Source: an uncultured beta proteobacterium
Lineage (GTDB): Bacteria > Pseudomonadota > Gammaproteobacteria > Burkholderiales > Burkholderiaceae_C
Assembly (NCBI GenBank): GCA_903876045.1
Contig: CAIQYP010000535.1
Span: forward strand, 1 to 57,339
Reading direction: 5' to 3'
DNA length: 57,339 nt
Shown here: piece by piece, positions 49,516-57,339 of the stretch
Position numbering within the stretch: position 1 is the stretch's first letter
How the letters are laid out: every line of letters begins with the position of its first letter
Position numbers and translations under genes: made by a program
The notes under the pieces: model-generated
What the model saw: only the letters and a program-made list of their open reading frames with translations
Databases searched by the model: none
What the model was told of the DNA's origin: nothing

Positions 49516-50634
49516 ATGAAACCCTTTTTGCGCCAACAACTTGCCCGCTTTGCCGACCGCCTTGGAGAGTTGGAATTCCTGCTCTCGCGCGAAGACATCA
49601 TGCAGGACATGAAGCAGTTCCTGGCACTGTCGCGCGAACACACCGAGGTGGGTGCGGTGGCCAGCCGCTGGGCGCGCTACCAGCAGCGCGAAGCTGATCT
49701 GGCCGAAGGCCAGGCAATGCTAAGCAGTTCGGCTGATGACGAAGAAATGTCGGCCATGGCGCAAGACGAAATCGACAGCGCCACCGCCGAATTAGCGCAA
49801 CTGGAGCAAGAACTGCAGCGCATGCTGCTGCCCAAGGACCCGGACGACCAGCGCCCGGCCTTTGTGGAAATTCGTGCCGGTACGGGTGGCGATGAGTCGG
49901 CCTTGTTTGCCGCTGATCTGGCACGCATGTACACCCGCTATTGCGATGCCGCAGGGTTCAAGACCGAAATCATGAGCGCCTCCGAGAGTGAATTGGGTGG
50001 CTACAAGGACGTCGTGTTGCGCATCGAAGGCAGCACCATGACCAATGCAGGACCCTGCGGCGCCTATGGCATGTTGAAGTTCGAATCCGGTGGCCACCGT
50101 GTGCAGCGCGTGCCGGCAACGGAAACGCAGGGCCGCATTCACACCAGCGCTTGTACCGTCGCGGTGCTGGCCGAACAAGACGAGGCCGAGGCCATCAAGA
50201 TCAACCCGTCGGACTTACGCATCGACACCTACCGGGCCAGTGGCGCGGGTGGCCAGCACATCAACAAGACTGACTCTGCCGTGCGCATCACCCACCTCCC
50301 CACAGGCATCGTGGCAGAGTGCCAGGACGGGCGGAGCCAGCACAGCAACAAGGCCCAAGCGCTGAAGGTGTTGACCGCACGCATCCACGAAAAAGATCGC
50401 TCCGAGCGCGCCGCCAAGGACGCGGCCGAGCGCAAAAGCCTGGTGGGCAGTGGCGATCGTAGCGACCGCATCCGCACCTACAACTTCCCGCAGGGACGTC
50501 TGAGCGACCACCGCATCAACCTGACGCTGTACAAGTTGCTGGGCATCATGGAGGGCGACCTGGGCGATGTGATCGAAGCACTGCAAGCCTATGAAGCAGC
50601 GCAACAGATGGCCGCACTGGAAATGAACGCCTAA
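49516..50634 (+). CDS. prfA: Peptide chain release factor 1
   Basis: [15 protein letters not shown] (PxT), [20 protein letters not shown]. Confidence 0.97.
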   Translation: MKPFLRQQLARFADRLGELEFLLSREDIMQDMKQFLALSREHTEVGAVASRWARYQQREADLAEGQAMLSSSADDEEMSAMAQDEIDSATAELAQLEQELQRMLLPKDPDDQRPAFVEIRAGTGGDESALFAADLARMYTRYCDAAGFKTEIMSASESELGGYKDVVLRIEGSTMTNAGPCGAYGMLKFESGGHRVQRVPATETQGRIHTSACTVAVLAEQDEAEAIKINPSDLRIDTYRASGAGGQHINKTDSAVRITHLPTGIVAECQDGRSQHSNKAQALKVLTARIHEKDRSERAAKDAAERKSLVGSGDRSDRIRTYNFPQGRLSDHRINLTLYKLLGIMEGDLGDVIEALQAYEAAQQMAALEMNA

Positions 50635-50643
50635 GACTTGGCT

Positions 50644-51516
50644 ATGACCATCGCCCAAGCGATTCAGTACGCGCAGTCCATGAAGCTGGAGCGACTTGAT
50701 GCGCAGCTATTGGTGCTGCATGCGCTGGGCCGCAGTAACGGCGAACGGGCATGGCTGCTGGCGCATGGGGATGATGACATGCCCGCTGCCGCGCTCACAC
50801 AGTTGCAGGAACAGGCCGCACGCCGTGCCGGCGGGGAGCCACTAGCCTATATCACCGGCCAAAAAGAGTTCTACGGTTTGACGTTGCAGGTGGACTCCCG
50901 GGTACTGGACCCGCGCGCCGATACCGAGACTTTGGTGGACTGGGCACTGGAATGCATGGATGCGTTAACGATGGTGGCTTCGACCAGCGCAACAACCGCA
51001 GGTTCACCCAAGCTTATCGATCTGGGTACCGGCAGCGGTGCCATTGCGTTGTCGCTCAAATTCAGTCGCCCGCAGTGGCAGGTGCACGCATTGGACTTCA
51101 GTGAGAACGCGCTTGACGTGGCGCGCACCAATGCCGATCGACTGTGCTTGGACGTGCAGTTTCACCAAGGCAGCTGGCTACAAGGCCTGGACCAACCGTT
51201 TTCCGTGATCGTTTCCAACCCACCCTATATCGCCACGCAGGACGAGCACTTGGAGGCACTCACCCATGAGCCCCTGCAGGCGCTGGCCAGCGGTGTCGAT
51301 GGTCTGGACGACATCCGAACCATCATCGCCCAGGCCCGCGCACACTTGTTGCCAGGTGGTTGGCTGCTGCTGGAACATGGCTATGACCAGGCAATTACTG
51401 TGCGTAACTTGTTGGAGAGCGCAGGATTTACCCAAGTCCAGTCACGCCTGGATCTGGCTGGTATAGAACGCTGTAGCGGCGGCCAATGGCTAGGCAGCGC
51501 ACTCCATAACGACTAA
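50644..51516 (+). CDS. prmC: Release factor glutamine methyltransferase
   Basis: GEPLAYITG, PRADTE, DLGTGSGAIA, SNPPY, EHGYDQ. Confidence 0.96.
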   Translation: MTIAQAIQYAQSMKLERLDAQLLVLHALGRSNGERAWLLAHGDDDMPAAALTQLQEQAARRAGGEPLAYITGQKEFYGLTLQVDSRVLDPRADTETLVDWALECMDALTMVASTSATTAGSPKLIDLGTGSGAIALSLKFSRPQWQVHALDFSENALDVARTNADRLCLDVQFHQGSWLQGLDQPFSVIVSNPPYIATQDEHLEALTHEPLQALASGVDGLDDIRTIIAQARAHLLPGGWLLLEHGYDQAITVRNLLESAGFTQVQSRLDLAGIERCSGGQWLGSALHND

Positions 51517-51533
51517 ATTCAAGAAAGAAAATC

Positions 51534-51875
51534 ATGAGCACCACCCCCGCATGCCCCCAATGCACCTTGGAAAACACCTACCCCGATGGCAGCAACTTTG
51601 TCTGTGGCGATTGTGGTTTTGAATGGCCGCAAGCCGTGGCAAACACTGCTGAAGATGACACCGACGCAGTAGTCAAAGATTCAAACGGTCAGGTGTTGCA
51701 GGACGGGGATGCCGTGGTGCTGATCAAGGATCTGAAGGTCAAAGGCAGCTCGACCGTGCTGAAGATGGGCACCAAAGTGAAAAGCATTCGCTTGGTCGGC
51801 GGCGACCACGAGGTGGACTGCAAAATGGACGGAGGCAGCTTTATGCTGAAGGCGTGTTTTCTGAAGAAGGCTTAG
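51534..51875 (+). CDS. YjdM/PhnA-family zinc-ribbon protein
   Basis: CPQC..CGDCGFEW, DSNG..L.DGD.V.LIKDLKVKG, KMGTKVK.IRL. Confidence 0.9.
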   Translation: MSTTPACPQCTLENTYPDGSNFVCGDCGFEWPQAVANTAEDDTDAVVKDSNGQVLQDGDAVVLIKDLKVKGSSTVLKMGTKVKSIRLVGGDHEVDCKMDGGSFMLKACFLKKA

Positions 51876-52266
51876 CCACCGCTTTGTGGCAAACGACGCA
51901 AAGTTTGTTGCCATCCAGATCGCGGAAGTAAGCTCCGTAGTAATTGGGGTGGTAGTGCGGACGCAGGCCCGGTGCCCCTTCACTCGTGGCACCGGCCGAC
52001 ATCGCTGCGGCGTAGACCCGATCCACCACATCCCGGCTATCCGCCTGCAGCGCCAGCATTTGACCGTTGCCGGCCTGGTGCTGCCTGCCATCAAAAGGCT
52101 GGGCTATCAGAAGCAGGGGGCGCGGTGCTTGCGGTGAGATCCAGCCGGCCCAGAGTTTTTCGGGCTCGCTGAACTTCAACACCAACCCCAACTCCGGCAG
52201 CACCGCGCTGTAAAAAGCGTAGGCGCGGTCGAAATCGGTGATGCCGATGTTGATGTGCGAAATCAC
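51841..52266 (-). CDS. VOC/glyoxalase family protein
   Basis: [43 protein letters not shown]; GTGA overlap with leuA. Confidence 0.9.
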   Translation of the reverse strand: MISHINIGITDFDRAYAFYSAVLPELGLVLKFSEPEKLWAGWISPQAPRPLLLIAQPFDGRQHQAGNGQMLALQADSRDVVDRVYAAAMSAGATSEGAPGLRPHYHPNYYGAYFRDLDGNKLCVVCHKAVAKPSSENTPSA

Positions 52267-53987
52267 GCGGCAGCGTCTTCCAATTCAGCGCGGGGCGAAG
52301 CAAGCTGCAAACCCAAACGGTTTACACCACTGACCAACGCCTGCAACGAGGCCGTGACGATGTTGCCATCCAGACCCACGCCGTAGCGCTCGGTGCTTTC
52401 GCCCACGACGGCGAGTTCCAGAAAGGCGCAGGCCTGGGCATCACCTGCATGCTGGCTGGCCTTGGTGGAACGCTCTTCAAAACTGCGCACCTGCACCTGC
52501 ACACCTGCGCTCTGCAGGGCATGCGCCGCGGCATCGATCGGGCCATTACCCAGACCCTTGAGGTGCACAGCCTGCCCCGCAACCTCCAGATGCAGGTCGA
52601 TACCCTGAACATGCTTCTTGCCCGCGGTTGCTGCTTCAAACAAGTGGTGGTCCACGTAGCGTATCGATGCGTCTTCGGCATGCAGATAAGTCGCGTCAAA
52701 CAGATTCCAGATGTCCTGTGCGGTCATCTTGCCACCGTGGGCATCGGTATAGCGCTGAACTTCGCCAGAAAACTCCACCTGCAGGCGCCTTGGCATGACC
52801 ACGCCGTATTCCACTTCCATCAGGTAGGACACGCCGCCCTTGCCGCTTTGGCTGTTGACCCGGATCACCGAGTCGTAGCTGCGGCCCAGGTCAGCCGGGT
52901 CAATGGGCATATACGGCACATCCCAAATCGTGTCCGGCTTTTGCGCAGCCAGCCCCTTTTTGATAGCGTCCTGGTGCGATCCGCTGAAGGCCGTAAAAAC
53001 CAGATCGCCCACATAGGGATGGCGCGGATGGATCGGCAACTGATTGCAATATTCCACGGTACGCGCCACTGCATTGATGTCGGAAAAGTCCAGGCCCGGC
53101 GCCACACCCTGTGTATACAGGTTGAGCGCCAGCGTCACGATGTCCACATTTCCGGTGCGCTCACCGTTGCCAAACAAACAGCCTTCCACGCGGTCGGCAC
53201 CGGCCAGCAGGCCAAGTTCGGCCGCCGCTACTGCGGTGCCCCGGTCGTTATGCGGGTGCAGGCTGAGGATGACGCTGTCACGCCGCGCAAGGTTACGGTG
53301 CATCCACTCGATCTGATCGGCATAGACATTGGGCGTGGATCCTTCCACCGTGGCCGGCAGGTTCAGTATCACTTTGTTGGTAGGCGTGGCGCCCCATTCT
53401 GCGGTTACAGCATTGCAGATTTCCAGCGCGAACTCAGGTTCGGTGCTACTGAAAACTTCGGGGCTGTATTCCAGAGTGATTTCGGTTTCGGGTTGCTCGG
53501 AAGCCAGTTGCTTGATCAGACGCACCGCCTGCAGGGCCATCTCCACAATCTCGGCCTTTTGCATGCCGAACACCACATCACGGAACACCGGTGCCGTGGC
53601 GTTGTAGACGTGCACGATGGCGCGGCGGGCACCTTTAAGAGACTCCATAGTCCGGCGAATCAGGTGCTCACGCGATTGGGTCAGCACTTCAATGGTGACA
53701 TCTGCCGGTATGTTTTCACCCTCAATCAAGCTGCGCACAAAGTCAAACTCGGTTTGCGAGGCGCTGGGGAAGGCCACCTCGATCTGCTTAAACCCTACCT
53801 GGCAGAGGGTGCGAAACATCCGCATCTTGCGCTCGCCGTTCATGGGCTCAAACAGCGACTGGTTGCCGTCGCGCAGGTCGCTACTCATCCACATGGGTGC
53901 TGCTGTCAGCGTGCGCGAGGGCCATTGGCGGTCAGTGAGCTGGACGCCGGCAAAGGCGCGGTATTTAGTGGCGGGCTGGGCTAACAA
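52263..53987 (-). CDS. leuA: 2-isopropylmalate synthase (LeuA type 2)
   Basis: [50 protein letters not shown]; AAGGAG RBS and TTG start. Confidence 0.93.
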   Translation of the reverse strand: MLAQPATKYRAFAGVQLTDRQWPSRTLTAAPMWMSSDLRDGNQSLFEPMNGERKMRMFRTLCQVGFKQIEVAFPSASQTEFDFVRSLIEGENIPADVTIEVLTQSREHLIRRTMESLKGARRAIVHVYNATAPVFRDVVFGMQKAEIVEMALQAVRLIKQLASEQPETEITLEYSPEVFSSTEPEFALEICNAVTAEWGATPTNKVILNLPATVEGSTPNVYADQIEWMHRNLARRDSVILSLHPHNDRGTAVAAAELGLLAGADRVEGCLFGNGERTGNVDIVTLALNLYTQGVAPGLDFSDINAVARTVEYCNQLPIHPRHPYVGDLVFTAFSGSHQDAIKKGLAAQKPDTIWDVPYMPIDPADLGRSYDSVIRVNSQSGKGGVSYLMEVEYGVVMPRRLQVEFSGEVQRYTDAHGGKMTAQDIWNLFDATYLHAEDASIRYVDHHLFEAATAGKKHVQGIDLHLEVAGQAVHLKGLGNGPIDAAAHALQSAGVQVQVRSFEERSTKASQHAGDAQACAFLELAVVGESTERYGVGLDGNIVTASLQALVSGVNRLGLQLASPRAELEDAAA

Positions 53988-54054
53988 GTAGAACTCCTTG
54001 GTTTTTTTATACGAAACCGTATCGGCGTATGGTATGCCCTAAGCAAGGGCAGAC

Positions 54055-54126
54055 TATTGCCAAACAATGCTTAAAATGAATGCATAACCACTATTTATTG
54101 CCAAATTTTGAAAAATCAAGCAATAA
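54055..54126. promoter_or_regulatory. Repeated TATTGC boxes in the AT-rich leuA upstream region
   Basis: TATTGCCAAA at 54055 and 54096; inverted GCAATAA at 54120. Confidence 0.4.
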
Positions 54127-54127
54127 A

Positions 54128-56032
54128 CTATTTAACAACTTTATTGCCTGAATATTTTTGAATGATGGCGCGCAACTGGTCAAGCTTGACCGGCTTACTG
54201 ACGAACTCATTGGCACCCGCCTTCATGGCCCTATCTTTGGCTTCGTTCATCACGTCGGCGGTAAGTACCACGATGGGGGTCTGCGCGACCACGCCTGGCA
54301 GCGCGCGTATCAAGCGGGTTGCTGCAAGCCCGTCCATCACGGGCATGTTTACGTCCATCAATATCAAATCGAATGCTTCCTGCTGCACCAAGTCGAGGGC
54401 AAGTTGACCGTTCTCGCAGTAGCTGATGGAGCAGCCCATGCGCCCCAGTAAAACGCCCACCAACTTCTGGTTGATCAGATGATCTTCGACGACAAGAATA
54501 CGCATAGCCATTGCACTTGATTCTGGCGAATCGGTCGAAGGCAATGGAACAGGGAGGGTTGTGGCCTGGCTAACCAGCATGCTCAAAGAAGGCGCAGGTG
54601 CAATGGACTCAACTGCCACAGGGCTAATGGGAAAACCAAGTAGTACCGTAAAGGTGGACCCCTCACCTACGGTACTCTGCACATTGATCTCTCCGTTCAT
54701 CATCCTGGCCAGGGATTGGGAGATCTCGAGACCCAGCCCGGTTCCCCCGAAGCGACGGGTGCTGCTGTCTTCGACCTGGTAAAAACGCTGAAACAAGCGC
54801 GTCAGCGCTACCGGTTCAATGCCAATGCCAGTGTCACGAATCTCAAAGGCGATATCCAACGTTTCCAAAGAGCGAGAGCGTTCAAGCACTTGCATGTGCA
54901 CACTGCCTGCGCTGGTGAACTTGATCGCATTGTTGATGAGATTGAACAATATCTGCTTGACACGGGTTTCGTCGGCCAGAACAACGGGGAAGATGCCGTC
55001 TGGCGTTTGAATTTGAAATTCCAAACCCTTGCTTTTTGCCAGTGGCAACATGAGAGCGGAAACTTCAGACAATAAACGTGGAATTTCCAAAGGAACCGGT
55101 TTGAGAGCCATCTTGTTGGATTCAAGAGCAGAAAAATCCAGAATGTCATTCAGCAGTGTCAACAAATGGCTGGCCGATTCCTGCGCAGTCTGGATGAAAT
55201 CAGCTTGCTGGGGCGATACCGGCGTGGTTTGCAACAGTCCCAACATTCCCATCAGACCATTGAAAGGTGTACGAAGTTCATGGCTCATATTGGCCAGGAA
55301 TTGACTCTTGCTGCGGTTGGCAGTCTCGGCGTGGAAATGCGCTTCGCGCAACTCGTCGGTCAACTGCTCCATAGCCCGTCGCTCGGCCTCCATGCGCCGC
55401 TGACGGACTACCAGCGAGCCCGAGGCTACCAGCAGCAACACCAACTGGGCCAGGGTCAGCCATACGATTAGTTCATTTTGCTGGCGCATGGTATCGGCCT
55501 GGTGCTCCAGCACACGCGATACCGAGGAGTCGGCGGCCAGCGTCATTGCCTGTACCGTGGCACCCATATCATTGAGATCTGCCAGCGTATGGGCAAGTAC
55601 CTGCCGGTCTAAAGGGACGCTGGCTAGTGCTGTGTCCATCTCAATTACGAGATGTTGCAGACGGGGAACGACCTTTTTGTATTCATCCCGAGAGGTCAAC
55701 AGAGAAACACTGGGACTTTCTCGCAACAGCGTCAAACGACTCTGAAAAATGTCGTAGCGCAAGTTGAGCGCGTCCAAGTCAGGCGTCTTCTCCTTGTTCG
55801 CCAATGTCTCGCCCAAGGTTTGCCGGAGACGAAGAAACTCTCGCTCAAACTGAAATGCCAGCGCCGTAAGTGAGTCAGATCTGATGGCACTGCCTTGGTC
55901 AATCGCACGCCTTTGTGCCAATTCAAAGACCAGTAGAGACGCCATGGCCAAAGCCATGCTTGCCGTACCCAGCGCGAGCCAAAGCAGGTAGCGCTGATTA
56001 TTGGTACGGACTAGCATCAATAGACTATTCAA
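54128..56032 (-). CDS. Hybrid sensor histidine kinase (2 TM, periplasmic domain, HisKA, HATPase, REC)
   Basis: FLANMSHELRTP, QILFNLINNAIKFT, DTGIG, GGTGLGL, REC EDH..MDVNMP..KP; start TTG 56032 or ATG 56017. Confidence 0.93.
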   Translation of the reverse strand: MNSLLMLVRTNNQRYLLWLALGTASMALAMASLLVFELAQRRAIDQGSAIRSDSLTALAFQFEREFLRLRQTLGETLANKEKTPDLDALNLRYDIFQSRLTLLRESPSVSLLTSRDEYKKVVPRLQHLVIEMDTALASVPLDRQVLAHTLADLNDMGATVQAMTLAADSSVSRVLEHQADTMRQQNELIVWLTLAQLVLLLVASGSLVVRQRRMEAERRAMEQLTDELREAHFHAETANRSKSQFLANMSHELRTPFNGLMGMLGLLQTTPVSPQQADFIQTAQESASHLLTLLNDILDFSALESNKMALKPVPLEIPRLLSEVSALMLPLAKSKGLEFQIQTPDGIFPVVLADETRVKQILFNLINNAIKFTSAGSVHMQVLERSRSLETLDIAFEIRDTGIGIEPVALTRLFQRFYQVEDSSTRRFGGTGLGLEISQSLARMMNGEINVQSTVGEGSTFTVLLGFPISPVAVESIAPAPSLSMLVSQATTLPVPLPSTDSPESSAMAMRILVVEDHLINQKLVGVLLGRMGCSISYCENGQLALDLVQQEAFDLILMDVNMPVMDGLAATRLIRALPGVVAQTPIVVLTADVMNEAKDRAMKAGANEFVSKPVKLDQLRAIIQKYSGNKVVK

Positions 56033-56537
56033 TAGCCATGGATTTCAGTTGCCAGGCCGAACGTTCGTAGTAAACAGTGGAACGCAACTCAGGTTTGCTG
56101 TCATAGGGGTAGACGATAAACAAGGGGCCTTTGGTCTTCACAGGAATATCCTGATCATTCATCTTGTGGGCCAGGATCACGTCAAATTTCTGTGAATCAT
56201 CCAGTGGAATGCTGCTCTGGTAGTCGTTCAGTGCAGCCGCTTTGATGGTGCTGCCCTTGGCCTTGGCGGCCATCAGCACGTCGCGCAACAGGGGTCCAGT
56301 GAACTTGATGGGTTGCTTGTCCCAGGGTGTCATGGTGGTGAAGGTTCGCTGAGGCAATTTCTCCAGCATCGCCATGTCAAACACTGCGGCACTGGCCGTG
56401 TTCTTTTCACCCACATTGCCGGAAATGGTAAGGATGACCTTTCCTTTGGCTGGCTCTAGCGCTACAGCAGGCAGTGCGACAACTAAAGTTGTGCCAAGAA
56501 CCGCAGCCGAGAGCCACCGAACAAATGATGTCAGCAT
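56025..56537 (-). CDS. Periplasmic molybdopterin-oxidoreductase-like (PruR-type) protein
   Basis: Sec signal (…AVA|), TPW, FTGPLLRDVL, ALNDY, KGPLFIVYP, WQL; no Cys; about 170 aa. Confidence 0.8.
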   Translation of the reverse strand: MLTSFVRWLSAAVLGTTLVVALPAVALEPAKGKVILTISGNVGEKNTASAAVFDMAMLEKLPQRTFTTMTPWDKQPIKFTGPLLRDVLMAAKAKGSTIKAAALNDYQSSIPLDDSQKFDVILAHKMNDQDIPVKTKGPLFIVYPYDSKPELRSTVYYERSAWQLKSMAIE

Positions 56538-56599
56538 GTCATCTCCATATTTAATAAAAGTGAAAATTATCAACTCAAAGCGCTCATAAAGATATGAAC

Positions 56600-57076
56600 T
56601 CAATGGTGATGGCCATGGGCTCCATGAACATGTCCGTGCGCAATTTCTTCTTCAGATGCGGTCCGTACTTCTAAAACGTTGAGTCCAAAACGCAGCACCT
56701 TGCCTGCTAACGCGTGGTTGCCATCCAGATAGACGGTATCGCCTTTGATCTTGAGCACAGTGAACACAATGCTGTGGCCGCTGTCATCTCGGCCCTCGAG
56801 TTGACCGCCCACCTTTACACCGGGTGGGAACTGCTTTTTGGGTATGGTTTGGAGCAAGGCATCGTCGCGCAGCCCAAAAGCGTCCTGCGCCTGCAACTCA
56901 ATCGTGGCCTGGTAACCGGCCTCCTGGCCCTCGAGAGCTTCCTCAATCTTGGCAAAGGTATTGCCGTAGCCTCCGTGCAAATAGGACATCGGCTCTTTGC
57001 TTTCTTCTAGCAATTTGCCCGATGTGTCAGAGACGGTATAGCGCAGGGTGACGGCGGAGTTTTTTTCGATTTTCAT
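56600..57076 (-). CDS. slyD: FKBP-type peptidyl-prolyl isomerase (SlyD-like)
   Basis: YLHGG, EEALEG, DGNHALAG..L.F, EEIAHGHVHGAHGHHH. Confidence 0.9.
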   Translation of the reverse strand: MKIEKNSAVTLRYTVSDTSGKLLEESKEPMSYLHGGYGNTFAKIEEALEGQEAGYQATIELQAQDAFGLRDDALLQTIPKKQFPPGVKVGGQLEGRDDSGHSIVFTVLKIKGDTVYLDGNHALAGKVLRFGLNVLEVRTASEEEIAHGHVHGAHGHHH

Positions 57077-57206
57077 GGTTTGGTTTTGAGCTGATCGCCG
57101 ATTATCGGTAAAAAACCACGCATCCATGGCGGACAGATCACCATGCAGCAATCAGCTGCCTGCGAAGGTGAAATAATCGGGGTATTAATCATTAAAGGTT
57201 TTTTAC

Positions 57207-57339
57207 ATGAGCGACGCACAGCAACGTATCGATGAACTAGTGAAATCCAACGAGGTCCTGCTTTTCATGAAAGGCACTGCATCGTTCCCCCAATGCGGTT
57301 TTTCAGGCCGTGCGATCCAGATCCTGAAGGCCTGCGGCG
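57207..57339 (+). CDS. grxD: Monothiol glutaredoxin Grx4, 3'-truncated by the window edge
   Basis: Hand translation MSDAQQRIDELVKSNEVLLFMKGTASFPQCGFSGRAIQILKACG with the CGFS motif; not in the ORF track. Confidence 0.93.
   Translation, partial: MSDAQQRIDELVKSNEVLLFMKGTASFPQCGFSGRAIQILKACG

Noticed and set aside
51841-51875. 35-bp convergent overlap of yjdM and VOC
   Set aside because: Most simply a drifted stop codon; both domains are complete
52449-53984. 511-aa plus-strand ORF
   Set aside because: Antisense shadow of leuA

Overview
GC-rich betaproteobacterial chromosome segment. Gene order and repeat types look like Comamonadaceae/Rhodoferax-type Burkholderiales (inference). Most of it is a housekeeping backbone: scpA-panB-panC; gpsA-secB-grxC-rhodanese / gpmA-ctpA-moeB; ubiE-Tim44-ubiJ-ubiB-FmdB-DUF502-aspS-nudB-EEP-clsB-folE-BLUF; hemA-prfA-prmC ... 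grxD. I found no rRNA, tRNA, CRISPR, integrase or transposase. Four blocks deserve attention. (1) A cyanophycin locus with two cphA paralogs whose active-site motifs are complementary, divergent from an ABC exporter and a DUF1854 gene, with no cyanophycinase in the window. (2) A probable accessory two-partner-secretion cassette: glycosyltransferase-methyltransferase fusion, HMW1-like TpsA, secreted double-FecR protein, TpsB. TpsA and the FecR protein both end in an apparently unpaired C-terminal cysteine. (3) A PruR-like periplasmic protein (putative pterin binder) coupled to a hybrid histidine kinase, plus a folE-BLUF gene pair elsewhere in the window. (4) Three families of structured intergenic repeats, two of which show compensatory base changes between copies. 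All calls come from motif recognition by eye; no database searches were run.
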